A model generated the notes under the pieces. The model saw nothing but the letters and a program-made list of their open reading frames with translations. It had not been told where the DNA came from and made no database searches. Below are positions 1-8,683 of a stretch of DNA of 64,000 bases, in pieces. Source of the DNA: Deltaproteobacteria bacterium TL4 (lineage in GTDB: Bacteria; SAR324; NAC60-12); NCBI GenBank assembly GCA_051382335.1, contig JBBCAX010000121.1, forward strand, positions 20,683-84,682, given 5' to 3'. Every line of letters begins with the position of its first letter. Within the stretch, counting starts at the first letter, position 1. The translations under genes and the position numbers were made by a program.

Positions 1-141
1 TATAAAAAACGCGGAATAAATGACGGTAATAACAACGGTGGTATAACTTGAATTGGCAAAATCAAACATTGCCCAACCCAATATTTCTTTTTTTGTGACC
101 GGAGGGTCGTCAGGATGAGATGTGATATTTTCTTGGAACAT
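1..141 (-). CDS. MFS transporter, UMF1/YxiO (Atg22-like) family, N-terminal part, runs off the window
   Basis: Manual translation from ATG at 141: MFQENITSHPDDPPVTKKEILGWAMFDFANSSYTTVVITVIYSAFFI; W-x-x-(F/Y)-D-F-A-N-S is the typical first-helix motif of this family. Not in the ORF track. Confidence 0.75.
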   Translation of the reverse strand, partial: MFQENITSHPDDPPVTKKEILGWAMFDFANSSYTTVVITVIYSAFFI

Positions 142-344
142 GGGGCATATCCGTGGATTTGAGCACACATTTGTGAATCGGTTTTGTGATCGGGAACGAG
201 AGAAATGACAGGTAACTTCGCATGTTTGCTTTTCGAACGTTCCTTAAAGAAACTCTCAGGGATCAATCATTGCGTTTTGTTTCCTGGGAGGGTGGAGCTG
301 ATAGCAAAGCTGATTAAATAATTTCTTAATATTCTAGCATAATC

Positions 345-800
345 TTAATCGTCCTGTGAATAGGCGGTGGAGGGAAGCTTTTTTTGTTTGCTTTGGGATT
401 GAAGCTCCATTTTCAAATATAATATTCCATTCGCAAGTTGGGCATCATAATGTTCCACAATCATGTCCTCAGGTAAAATAAATATGTATTCAAAACTTCC
501 TCGTTTTCGCTTGTGTTCAATAAAAACCCCCTCATTCAAAGCGATAGGTGTTGGGAAATACCCTGAGATGATGATTTTTGATCGTGAAAGTTGAATATTG
601 ATATCGTTACGAAAAACACCAGGTAACTCGATATCCAGATATAAGGTGTTGCCAATCACATAAAGGTCATAGATGGCATCGATATGCTTTTTTTCAAACT
701 CTTGAAAGTCAAAGGTCCGTTGCTGAAATTCTGCCAACTTCTTATCTGAACGGCGTTTTCTTTCTAATAATTCGTCAAGCTCTTTCCATTCTTCTTTCAT
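345..800 (-). CDS. Hsp20/alpha-crystallin family small heat shock protein
   Basis: ELPGV..DINI, RKRGSFEYIFILP and AQLANGILYL motifs; 151 aa. Confidence 0.8.
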   Translation of the reverse strand: MKEEWKELDELLERKRRSDKKLAEFQQRTFDFQEFEKKHIDAIYDLYVIGNTLYLDIELPGVFRNDINIQLSRSKIIISGYFPTPIALNEGVFIEHKRKRGSFEYIFILPEDMIVEHYDAQLANGILYLKMELQSQSKQKKLPSTAYSQDD

Positions 801-1084
801 AGATACTCTCTGAAATGATACAGTATGGGCGGTTACTGCAAAAAGTTTAAGGCTTCTAAGGAACGAGTCAAAAATAACTTACATAATTTTTATTTAGCTG
901 GGACCGCAGTATAATTCCATTTGCCCAGTTTCTGATCAAAAACAATTCTCATATCTGCTCTTCGCGTTCTTTTGAATAATGCAATTTGAACATCCTCGTC
1001 CTCCTAAAGGTAAAAATCATAAAGTCTTTCAAGTTTCTTTCCAAATCGCATCATTCAAATCAATGGTGGTCAAATATATGTAAG

Positions 1085-1234
1085 TTATTTTTGACTCATT
1101 ACTGAGGATATTTGTGTATCAATCCCCATTTGCTCTAGGCGTTTCCGTTCCGCACGACTCACGACTGCGTGGGAGTTCATGAACGCATACGCAATCCGGA
1201 TGGTACCCCACCATGTTTTTTTGAATATCCCCAT
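1085..1234 (-). CDS. small hypothetical protein (49 aa)
   Basis: GGGGAG just upstream of ATG at 1234 (MGIFKKTWWG...); the longer ORF-track start at 1387 lies inside a MITE. Confidence 0.4.
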   Translation of the reverse strand: MGIFKKTWWGTIRIAYAFMNSHAVVSRAERKRLEQMGIDTQISSVMSQK

Positions 1235-1318
1235 GTCTCCCCGTAGTAAAGAAGTATGACTACATATTCCATTACCAAATTGACAATTTAAACACAACAC
1301 TACACTTCTCACATTGTT

Positions 1319-1441
1319 GGGGTTGCCTCTAAGTTCGGCCATTTTGACGGTAGCCCTGAGTTTCGTCCCAGGGGATACTGCGCACATTGTTCCTCGGGGC
1401 GAAACCCGAGGCTACCCCTGGCCGAAGTTAGACCCAACCCC
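1319..1441. mobile_element. MITE family A variant (123 bp) with internal GTAG-REP-like doublet
   Basis: Imperfect 23-bp TIRs GGGGTTGCCTCTAAGTTCGGCCA / TGGCCGAAGTTAGACCCAACCCC; 8-bp direct repeat ACATTGTT at 1311-1318 and 1442-1449; inverted GTAGCC...GGCTAC pair at 1350-1415. Confidence 0.8.
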
Positions 1442-1449
1442 ACATTGTT

Positions 1450-1740
1450 ATGATCAAACGAACCAGCCGAATATCGTGGCGGTATCAGAAAGCATATCGG
1501 ACGTTTGAAGGCGCAGTGAGCACTCGAACTGTGAGTGGGAAAAATCCATTTGCTTTACGCGAAGAATTGAGGCGGTTAGGGATACTTGAGGAATTGACAG
1601 ATGCAGAGGCAGGGCAACTCATGGAATACGAGGAGAAATATGCGGAGGAATCAATGGCTTTGATTCAGGAACGGGTTGCTGAATTACAAAAATACAAACA
1701 TGACGCACTAGCCGATTTGCTTCAAAAATTACCACTGTAA
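1450..1740 (+). CDS. hypothetical protein, possibly a C-terminal gene fragment
   Basis: 96 aa acidic helical ORF starting immediately after a MITE; no recognisable motif. Confidence 0.4.
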   Translation: MIKRTSRISWRYQKAYRTFEGAVSTRTVSGKNPFALREELRRLGILEELTDAEAGQLMEYEEKYAEESMALIQERVAELQKYKHDALADLLQKLPL

Positions 1741-1896
1741 TGAGCAATCATATTCTTTCTTTTTTACCATTCCTCAAAAAGCCTTGATAATGCTGGCTTA
1801 GCTCGGATACTCTAATTGCTTAAAATAGCCGTTTTGAGCAATTAAAACGAATATAATGAACGCTCAAAAAATAACTTCACAAACTTCCAGTCAGGG

Positions 1897-1973
1897 GTGG
1901 TTGGAGAGAGCGTAGCGAAACCCAACAGATTCCGGGCGGTTTGTTGGGTTTCGCTATGCTCTACCCAACCTAC
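1897..1973. repeat. GTAG-type REP-like inverted doublet
   Basis: GGTTGGAGAGAGCGTAGCGAAACCCAACA ... TGTTGGGTTTCGCTATGCTCTACCCAACCTAC; minus-strand copy starts GTAG. Confidence 0.75.
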
Positions 1974-2011
1974 GTTTTTCTGTTAATTCTTTTCACGATC
2001 CTAATGAATTT

Positions 2012-2263
2012 ATGACATTACCCAACAGCTATGATGGTGACGAACTCATAAGTCGCATTGAAAATTTAAGTTATGAGGAAATTAAGCTGAAACTTCAAAA
2101 AGAAGTTTCAGCTGTTGAAAAAACACTGAACGCCAAACGAGGTGCTCCTAAAGCAAGAAAAAAAGGAGCGGAGCAGTATGCTCGATTTATTAAAGGCACC
2201 ATTTTTTGTTTGAGTCAAAAAACGGTCTTTGATTTACCACCTGGTTTGGGTTTTGTTCCGTAG
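2012..2263 (+). pseudogene. hypothetical protein whose 3' end is replaced by MITE sequence
   Basis: Codons from about 2214 (SQKTVFDLPPGLGFVP) are read from the MITE copy at 2214-2347. Confidence 0.45.
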
Positions 2264-2347
2264 GGGCAGACCTGTGTGTCTGCCCGGGATCAGGGTGAAC
2301 ACACAGGTTCGCCCCTACAATTTGTGGCCGAAAATGTGACCAACCCC
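2214..2347 (-). mobile_element. MITE family A, one-ended copy with REP doublet
   Basis: Reverse complement of 12217-12350 with a single mismatch seen; keeps one 23-bp TIR (2325-2347) and lacks the other. Confidence 0.9.
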
Positions 2348-2760
2348 AATTCATTTATTAAAAAATCATTTATTTCGTGTTTTTCGTGATTAATTTTCAA
2401 ACCACCTGCACAGCTCGAAATTTTTGAAGTTCCCAGTGGTTTTTGTGCGTGCTCTTTTCCACAGATACGGCAACTGAAATAAACCTGGTCCAATTCACAG
2501 TTGCGCATGTGATGAACTTCGTATAAACGGCGTTTTCCCATGTTTTCAACTTTTGACGCAATCTGATTGGTGACAAAGTCTTCCAGGATTCGATAAACCA
2601 TAACCTCATTTGTCTCACTCTCCTCCTTCAATGCCACAATGATTTCCTGGGCAGATGCTGGACCTGCCTTATTCACCAGGTAGTGCAGGATTGCCAAGCG
2701 TGCGGAAGTATTATTAATGCCTCTTTCGCGTGAGACCGGAGGGAATTCTTTTTCTTTCAT
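2290..2760 (-). CDS. Fur/Zur/PerR family transcriptional regulator, C-terminus derived from MITE
   Basis: TSARLAIL, SAQEI, VYRIL helix-turn-helix pattern and FSCRICG motif; last ~19 codons lie in the MITE. Confidence 0.75.
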   Translation of the reverse strand: MKEKEFPPVSRERGINNTSARLAILHYLVNKAGPASAQEIIVALKEESETNEVMVYRILEDFVTNQIASKVENMGKRRLYEVHHMRNCELDQVYFSCRICGKEHAQKPLGTSKISSCAGGLKINHEKHEINDFLINELGLVTFSATNCRGEPVCSP

Positions 2761-2806
2761 AACCTTATCTCGGATGGATATTCAACGCTCAGCGGATCCT
2801 GCCCCA

Positions 2807-4381
2807 TCAATGTTTGTGATTAAGCCGTTCATACATGGATTTATTATTTTTGTAACTATTCATAAACTCCCGATAGAGTTCGTCATAAATCTCCCTGTTT
2901 TGAGGATTTGGCACAAAAGTCTCATCATACTGAATGTATTGAGCGATATCATCAAAAGTGAACTTTCCCAAGGCGGTGGCTCCTAACCATGCGGCTCCGC
3001 GAGGACCGGCATTGGCCGGGTCTTTGACTTGACGAATACTACAATTGAGAATATCCGCAAAAATCTGACACCATAATTTTGAGCGACAGCCGCCGCCAAT
3101 AGCGTTAAGGGCCTTGGTTTTTTTCTTGGTGTATTTTTCAACACCCTTCAAGAGCGTTTTAAGGTTATACCCCACACCTTCAAAAACGGCCCTGGCCAGA
3201 TCTTCACGAGTGGTATGCAGCGACCAATTAAAAAACCCTCCTCTGACGGTGTCATCTTCCATAGGAGTCCGCTCTCCCGCAAGCCAGGGGGTAAAGATTA
3301 ACTTGTTGCTTCCTGGCGGAGCGTTGGTTGCCCAGGTATTGACTTGATCAAAAAAATCATCGGGTACTTCTGAGCCTGGATAGAGAATTTTATCTCGTAA
3401 ATGCCGCCAACATTCTCCTGCCGTTTTATTTTCATTGAGCAATAAATATTTCCCTGGAATACCTGAGGGGAAACTTCCCATATTCATGGAGATATCAACT
3501 TTTTTGTAAGGGACATGACACTGAATCCAACTTGAGGTGCCCACACACAGAAAACTTTCATAATCTTTCACCGCGCCAGCACCAATAGCTGAAACGGAGG
3601 TGTCTGACGCTCCGCCAATTACTTGGGTTTTTGGACTGAGCCCTAACTCCTTGGCCACCTCCTGTTTTAACGTTCCTAAAACATCGGTGGAAGCAATCAA
3701 GTCTGGCAGTTTTTCACGCTCCAGGCCGACCATTTTGAGCATCTTGAAATCATACTTGACGTTGTTAATATTCCGATTATCGGTAGCCCAATATAAAACA
3801 ATGGTGTCAGGCGTGGACGCGAATTTGCCCGTTAAACGAAAATTTAAAAAATCTTTAGGCTCTAAAAATTTGTAAGTCGCCTCATAAATTTCAGGATACT
3901 TGTGTTTGATGTATAAAACATGAGAAATGGAATCGGTGCCTGATTTTCCTGGCGCTCCACCCGTTTTCTTCAGCCAGTGATATAAGCGATGAGGATGATA
4001 GCCTTCAATATTCAGAGCGCTTCCTATGAGCTTATGAGTATAGGGGGCCCCTCGTGAATCTTGCCACGTTAACGCGTTCATCAAAGGCAGGCCCTCTTTG
4101 CTCACAGGAACGGTTGTGGACCATTGCGCGCCGATGGAAATACATAAAATATCATCAACAGGCACTGCGGCTTTGCTAAGTAAATGCGTCACAGAAGATT
4201 TGAAGCCTGTCCACCAATCTTCAGCATTTTGCTCAGCGCCTCCACCAGGCAGATAAGTGGTTTTGACTTCTTCACTGTACCGTTCAACAACTTCCCCATA
4301 AAGGGTGACCAGACACACTCTGGGACCCGAAGTTCCTAAATCAACGGCTAACACATATTTGTCTTTTTTCATAATCCCCAT
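2807..4381 (-). CDS. FGGY-family carbohydrate kinase (xylulokinase-like)
   Basis: LAVDLGTSG, WQDSR, GGASDT, GTSSW, PWLAGERTP, RAVFEGV and GGGCRS motifs. Confidence 0.9.
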   Translation of the reverse strand: MGIMKKDKYVLAVDLGTSGPRVCLVTLYGEVVERYSEEVKTTYLPGGGAEQNAEDWWTGFKSSVTHLLSKAAVPVDDILCISIGAQWSTTVPVSKEGLPLMNALTWQDSRGAPYTHKLIGSALNIEGYHPHRLYHWLKKTGGAPGKSGTDSISHVLYIKHKYPEIYEATYKFLEPKDFLNFRLTGKFASTPDTIVLYWATDNRNINNVKYDFKMLKMVGLEREKLPDLIASTDVLGTLKQEVAKELGLSPKTQVIGGASDTSVSAIGAGAVKDYESFLCVGTSSWIQCHVPYKKVDISMNMGSFPSGIPGKYLLLNENKTAGECWRHLRDKILYPGSEVPDDFFDQVNTWATNAPPGSNKLIFTPWLAGERTPMEDDTVRGGFFNWSLHTTREDLARAVFEGVGYNLKTLLKGVEKYTKKKTKALNAIGGGCRSKLWCQIFADILNCSIRQVKDPANAGPRGAAWLGATALGKFTFDDIAQYIQYDETFVPNPQNREIYDELYREFMNSYKNNKSMYERLNHKH

Positions 4382-4389
4382 CCTTTCGG

Positions 4390-5928
4390 CTATTCTTTGA
4401 CTTGATACAACGTATCCATAATCCGATCCAACACGTCCCCAATCACACTTCCCGCGGCAAAGGGAAGGGTGTTCGCGATACCATAAATCGGAGCCGTTCC
4501 CGTTTTGATTTTAGGAGACATCCGAACTTGAGCCACACTTTCCCTTAAGTCCTTGATGAACCGTTCCGTAACGCCAGGTTGAGCGTGTCTCAAGGTCAGA
4601 CTGAAGTGGATTCCGGGCGGACGAAAAATTCCGGTAAGACTCCACCCTTTTTCAATCATGAATTCCAAAACCTGATAAATATCCACCTCCTTGTTTTTGG
4701 AACCGATTCCGATGACACAGAGCGGTTCTCCCATGACATAAAGATCCTCTGAGTCGTTCACCGCTTTTTTGATTTGATCTACGGCCTTTAGAATTTTGTC
4801 TGTCGCTGCCAGATAACCCGATTCTCCCATATAGGTCAAAGCGGCCCAACATGCAACACTTAATCCCCCTGGACGACTGCCCGTCACACTGGGCGAAAAG
4901 TAGAGTCCACCACACCAATCCGGTTGTTTGAAATATTGATATCGTCGAAGCGCCAAACCCCGGTATAAAACCACCGAAGTTCCCTTGGGCGCATAACCAT
5001 ATTTGTGGGTGTCAGCGGACATGGAGGTCACTCCCGGCAACGCAAAGTCAAACTCGGGCACAGGACGTCCCAAACGTTTGGCCCAGGGTAGAAAAAAGCC
5101 TCCCAAACAGGAGTCGGTATGAAAACCGATTTTCCGCTTCCGCGCCATTTCTGAAAGCTCTTCAATCGGGTCAATCGCTCCTTGAGGATAGTTGGGAGCA
5201 GAGCCGACCATGACGATCGTGTTGGAAGTGATCGCCCGTTTCATTTTGCGAACATCCGCTTTAAAATCGTGGCCTACGGGAACCGTTATTTTTTTAATAT
5301 TAAAATAATGTGCCGCTTTGGAAAAAGCGGGATGCGCAGTGGCGGGAATCACCATTTCAGGGCGTGTGATGCCTCTTTCCACCCGAGCGTAATCCCGGTA
5401 GGATTTCATCGCCATCAGGATACTTTCGGAACCTCCTGAGGTCACCGTTCCACAAATCGGCTCAGAGGTTCTGGCCGCGCCAAGCATCGTTGCCGTCATC
5501 GAAACGATTTCTGCCTCAAATTTTGCGGTACTTGGCCAAATATCAAAATGCAATTGATTGCACTGCGAGCCTAATGCATAAACTTTATTCATAAAATCAA
5601 TGTGCTCCTGATCTCCGTGATAAACCGAGCCGGAAGCATAACCTTGCTCCCACTTGGGCGCTTCCTTGTGATGCAAGGCTTCAATTTCTTTTAATATGGT
5701 ATCCTTCGCGATCCCTGAGGCAGGCAGTCTGGAAAAAGCAGGCGCCTCCTTGTAAGGTCGAATGGAATCTTCCATGGACGCAATGATTTTTTTGTACTCT
5801 TTTTCCAAAGTTTCCTGAATCAACGGGATCTGTTTCAAATATCGTTCAACAGGCAGCACCTGCAGGATTTTTTCGAGGGCTACTAATAATTTACGATCCA
5901 TATTTTCAAAAACTTCCATTAAATCCAT
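4390..5928 (-). CDS. sphingosine-1-phosphate lyase-like PLP-dependent enzyme
   Basis: TSGGSESI, AHPAFSKAAHYF, HTDSCLGGF, SMSADTHKYGYAPKG (PLP lysine), DWCGGLYFSP..GSRPGG motifs typical of S1P lyases; AAAGGAG before ATG at 5928. Confidence 0.85.
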   Translation of the reverse strand: MDLMEVFENMDRKLLVALEKILQVLPVERYLKQIPLIQETLEKEYKKIIASMEDSIRPYKEAPAFSRLPASGIAKDTILKEIEALHHKEAPKWEQGYASGSVYHGDQEHIDFMNKVYALGSQCNQLHFDIWPSTAKFEAEIVSMTATMLGAARTSEPICGTVTSGGSESILMAMKSYRDYARVERGITRPEMVIPATAHPAFSKAAHYFNIKKITVPVGHDFKADVRKMKRAITSNTIVMVGSAPNYPQGAIDPIEELSEMARKRKIGFHTDSCLGGFFLPWAKRLGRPVPEFDFALPGVTSMSADTHKYGYAPKGTSVVLYRGLALRRYQYFKQPDWCGGLYFSPSVTGSRPGGLSVACWAALTYMGESGYLAATDKILKAVDQIKKAVNDSEDLYVMGEPLCVIGIGSKNKEVDIYQVLEFMIEKGWSLTGIFRPPGIHFSLTLRHAQPGVTERFIKDLRESVAQVRMSPKIKTGTAPIYGIANTLPFAAGSVIGDVLDRIMDTLYQVKE

Positions 5929-6013
5929 AAGGACTCCTTTCAATCAATTATAACGAAGTTGCTCCCCGCTTGAACGCTATCGCGCTACATGAGGATTATT
6001 CATCGGTCTCACC

Positions 6014-7360
6014 CTATCGCCCTTGGCCGAATAAAATATGACGAATGGTTTTGGCCAGGATGATCAAATCGAGCAGTAATGACAAGTTTCGCATATAAAA
6101 CAAATCATACTGTAATTTCTGCCGCGTGGTTACTAAAGAATCCGCATATCTCATTTTGACTTGGGCCCAGCCTGTGATGCCAGGTTTTACAAAATGTCTG
6201 AGTTCATAATAGGGCAGTTCTTTTTCCATTTCCGCAATCATTTCCCGTCGTTCGGGTCGAGGCCCCACAAGCGACATATTGCCTTTAAGAACATTCCATA
6301 GCTGCGGGAGTTCATCCAGGTGAACTTTCCGCATCCATTGTCCCCAGGCAGAAGCCCGGTGATCCTTTACAGACGCCCAGCTAGGTCCTTCCTCATGTTC
6401 GGCTTTGGGAATCATCGTGCGGAATTTATAAATTCTGAATTCCCGGCCATTCAAGCCAACTCGCATTTGAGAATAGAACAAGGGACCCGGATTATAGCGA
6501 GAATTGAGGAACCACACCAAAATGGCAACAAAACTGAGGATTAAAAAGCCCAAGGCACTCAAACCCAAATCAAATATCCGTTTGATATGTCTCCGTATGG
6601 GCGAACTGTTAAAAACAAAACCATCAGAAAATAAAAGCCAGCGTTCATTGACATACTCCAACGGGATATAATCCGCGAATTGTTGACACATGTCGGAATA
6701 ACTGAATATTTTAAGGCCTCTTAACTTCAAGCGTAGCAATTCTGTTTCAAGCGCAGGCGGTAATTGGTTTCTGGAACTGAGACAAACCCATTCGATTTTA
6801 TGCAGACTGATGAGGATCTGAATGGATTGTTCCAAACGGAGGGGACTCCATAAATCAAATTTTTCATTTTTCTGTTGGAAGGATAGGAATCCGATCACCT
6901 CAAAATCGGAACGATGGTTAAAGAACTGATAGGCCCAATCCAACTCCTCGCCCTCTCCAACCACCAAGGTTCTTCTTGGATAACTGGCTTTGGCCTGTCC
7001 CCAACTTAGAAAAACACGGGTTACGGACAAGTAGAGGATCCCGATCAAAAGTGAAAACGCGACACCCGCCAGTGAGAAGGTCAGATCAAAGAGCCGAAAA
7101 AGGAAAGGTTGAATCACATGAAAAATAATACAAGCCAAGGCCACTAAGGGAAGGCGTTGCCACGTTCTGTCCTGATCCGTCAGAAGATAAGTATCCAAGG
7201 CATAAAGGGTACTGATGAGAAGGCTTAGCAGCAGAGGGACCAGTATCAGGGCATTGTTCCCCCAGAATCCGTGTTCAAAAATCCGCTGAGCCCACCAAAC
7301 TTCAAAAACAAAGAGCACATCTAACACAATTAATATCGTTGAAAAATAACGTGGATACAC
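6014..7360 (-). CDS. polyprenyl glycosylphosphotransferase (WcaJ/WbaP-like sugar transferase)
   Basis: N-terminal TM helices; KRIFD, YKFRTM, LDELPQLWNVLKGNMSLVGPRPE, KPGITGWAQV. Confidence 0.92.
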   Translation of the reverse strand: MYPRYFSTILIVLDVLFVFEVWWAQRIFEHGFWGNNALILVPLLLSLLISTLYALDTYLLTDQDRTWQRLPLVALACIIFHVIQPFLFRLFDLTFSLAGVAFSLLIGILYLSVTRVFLSWGQAKASYPRRTLVVGEGEELDWAYQFFNHRSDFEVIGFLSFQQKNEKFDLWSPLRLEQSIQILISLHKIEWVCLSSRNQLPPALETELLRLKLRGLKIFSYSDMCQQFADYIPLEYVNERWLLFSDGFVFNSSPIRRHIKRIFDLGLSALGFLILSFVAILVWFLNSRYNPGPLFYSQMRVGLNGREFRIYKFRTMIPKAEHEEGPSWASVKDHRASAWGQWMRKVHLDELPQLWNVLKGNMSLVGPRPERREMIAEMEKELPYYELRHFVKPGITGWAQVKMRYADSLVTTRQKLQYDLFYMRNLSLLLDLIILAKTIRHILFGQGR

Positions 7361-7568
7361 AACAACTCCCTTAAGTTTTTTTACACCTGTTTGTGATCAG
7401 AAACGCTCAGCCGCATGACAGCAAACCCGGAAACTCCCCTTATGGGGTGGCCTGTAAGGCAGGCGCAATGTTTTCTAGCAGGAACCTCTTTTCTTTGCAA
7501 TAGAAAGCTTGTTTTATTCCCAAACCTCGAAACCCGCACCTGCTGGACCTGAATTCTTCGCTGTAAAA

Positions 7569-8348
7569 CTAAAGCACACGTCTCAGGGAATAATAGATAT
7601 AGCTGCTTAAATAAAAATATTTTTTCAATCCGATAGGGGCACCCTTCACAGGATATCTGGAATACATCTGATAGTTTGCTTTGAGCATCTGGAATTTGGA
7701 ATGGGAGAAGCCCTGCTTGGTTACTCTGTAATACAACAACGGGAGCATAATTTTGAAGCTATGAGCCAGGTGATGCTGATGAAGATTCAACCAGCATTGA
7801 TAGTCCTCAACCCACCGGTAGTCTTCCCTAAAAACAACATAGGGCAACAAACGTCTCGAAAACATCACACTGGAGTTTGGAATGATGTTTTTTAATAACA
7901 AGCGACGATGATCGATCAAAATCACGGGTAACTCATGGTTCTCAATCTTAAGCGGATTGACAGGTGCCGTTTTTTTAAATCGCTGTAACGTGGTGCTGCA
8001 AAAATCAGAATGATGTTCCCGCATCAATTGAAGTTGAACTTCCAGCTTCTGCGGATGCCATAAGTCATCCGCATCCAGAAACGCGATATAATCCCCTCGG
8101 GTCTGCTGAAGTCCTGTGTTGCGGGGGACCGCCGGTGAAGCCGAGTTGGACTTTAAGCAGATCAGCGAAAGACGTGAATCTTTTTGGGCCAGTTCTGTCA
8201 AAAGTTCAACTGAATTATCGGTGGACCCATCATCCACAATGAGCATTTCCCAATGAGGATAGGTTTGAGACTGAACCGACTCCACCGTTTGTTGAAGGTA
8301 TTTTGCGGCATTGTATGCGGGAATTACAATTGAAACAAGAGCTTCCAT
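7569..8348 (-). CDS. glycosyltransferase family 2 (TuaG-like)
   Basis: VSIVIPAYN, IVDDGSTD, AFLDADDLW.P.KLE.Q, VEDY. Confidence 0.9.
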   Translation of the reverse strand: MEALVSIVIPAYNAAKYLQQTVESVQSQTYPHWEMLIVDDGSTDNSVELLTELAQKDSRLSLICLKSNSASPAVPRNTGLQQTRGDYIAFLDADDLWHPQKLEVQLQLMREHHSDFCSTTLQRFKKTAPVNPLKIENHELPVILIDHRRLLLKNIIPNSSVMFSRRLLPYVVFREDYRWVEDYQCWLNLHQHHLAHSFKIMLPLLYYRVTKQGFSHSKFQMLKANYQMYSRYPVKGAPIGLKKYFYLSSYIYYSLRRVL

Positions 8349-8683
8349 AAATAAACTCAGTAGAGGCTTAATAACGGCTGTGGGGGTACTGACACTGCGA
8401 CTTTAAATTTGATAATTGTTTTGTATTGAATGTTAGCAATAGATGTTTAACACAATACTAAGACAAAATCAAAAAGTGAGGATCTTGAGTTATATCCTTA
8501 CTGAGGAACGGGAGCAATGCGGGCTTGGAAACGCTTCGCAAAAAGGGGGCGCTCCCCCAAATCATGGCAAAACATGACGTGAAAGAGTGAAACCCAACTG
8601 ATGTCAGCGGTCGTCTTTAATGATTTCCCGGAAGTCAATGGGGAAAAGAGGTCCATTATCAAATAATTTTATCGGGAGGGACG

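Noticed and set aside
1314..1508. 64-aa ORF and the long start of ORF 1085-1387
   Set aside because: Read through MITE sequence.
1813..1844. Hairpin as an IS200/IS605 or IS91 end
   Set aside because: 12 of 13 bp dyad but no associated transposase; could equally be a terminator.
7400..7480. Possible c-di-GMP riboswitch upstream of the sugar transferase
   Set aside because: GCAAACC...GAAA-like text is on the wrong strand for the gene and the second stem and receptor could not be found.
8500..8640. Possible riboswitch upstream of the CoA-disulfide reductase
   Set aside because: GC-rich stems are present but no known aptamer consensus is recognisable.
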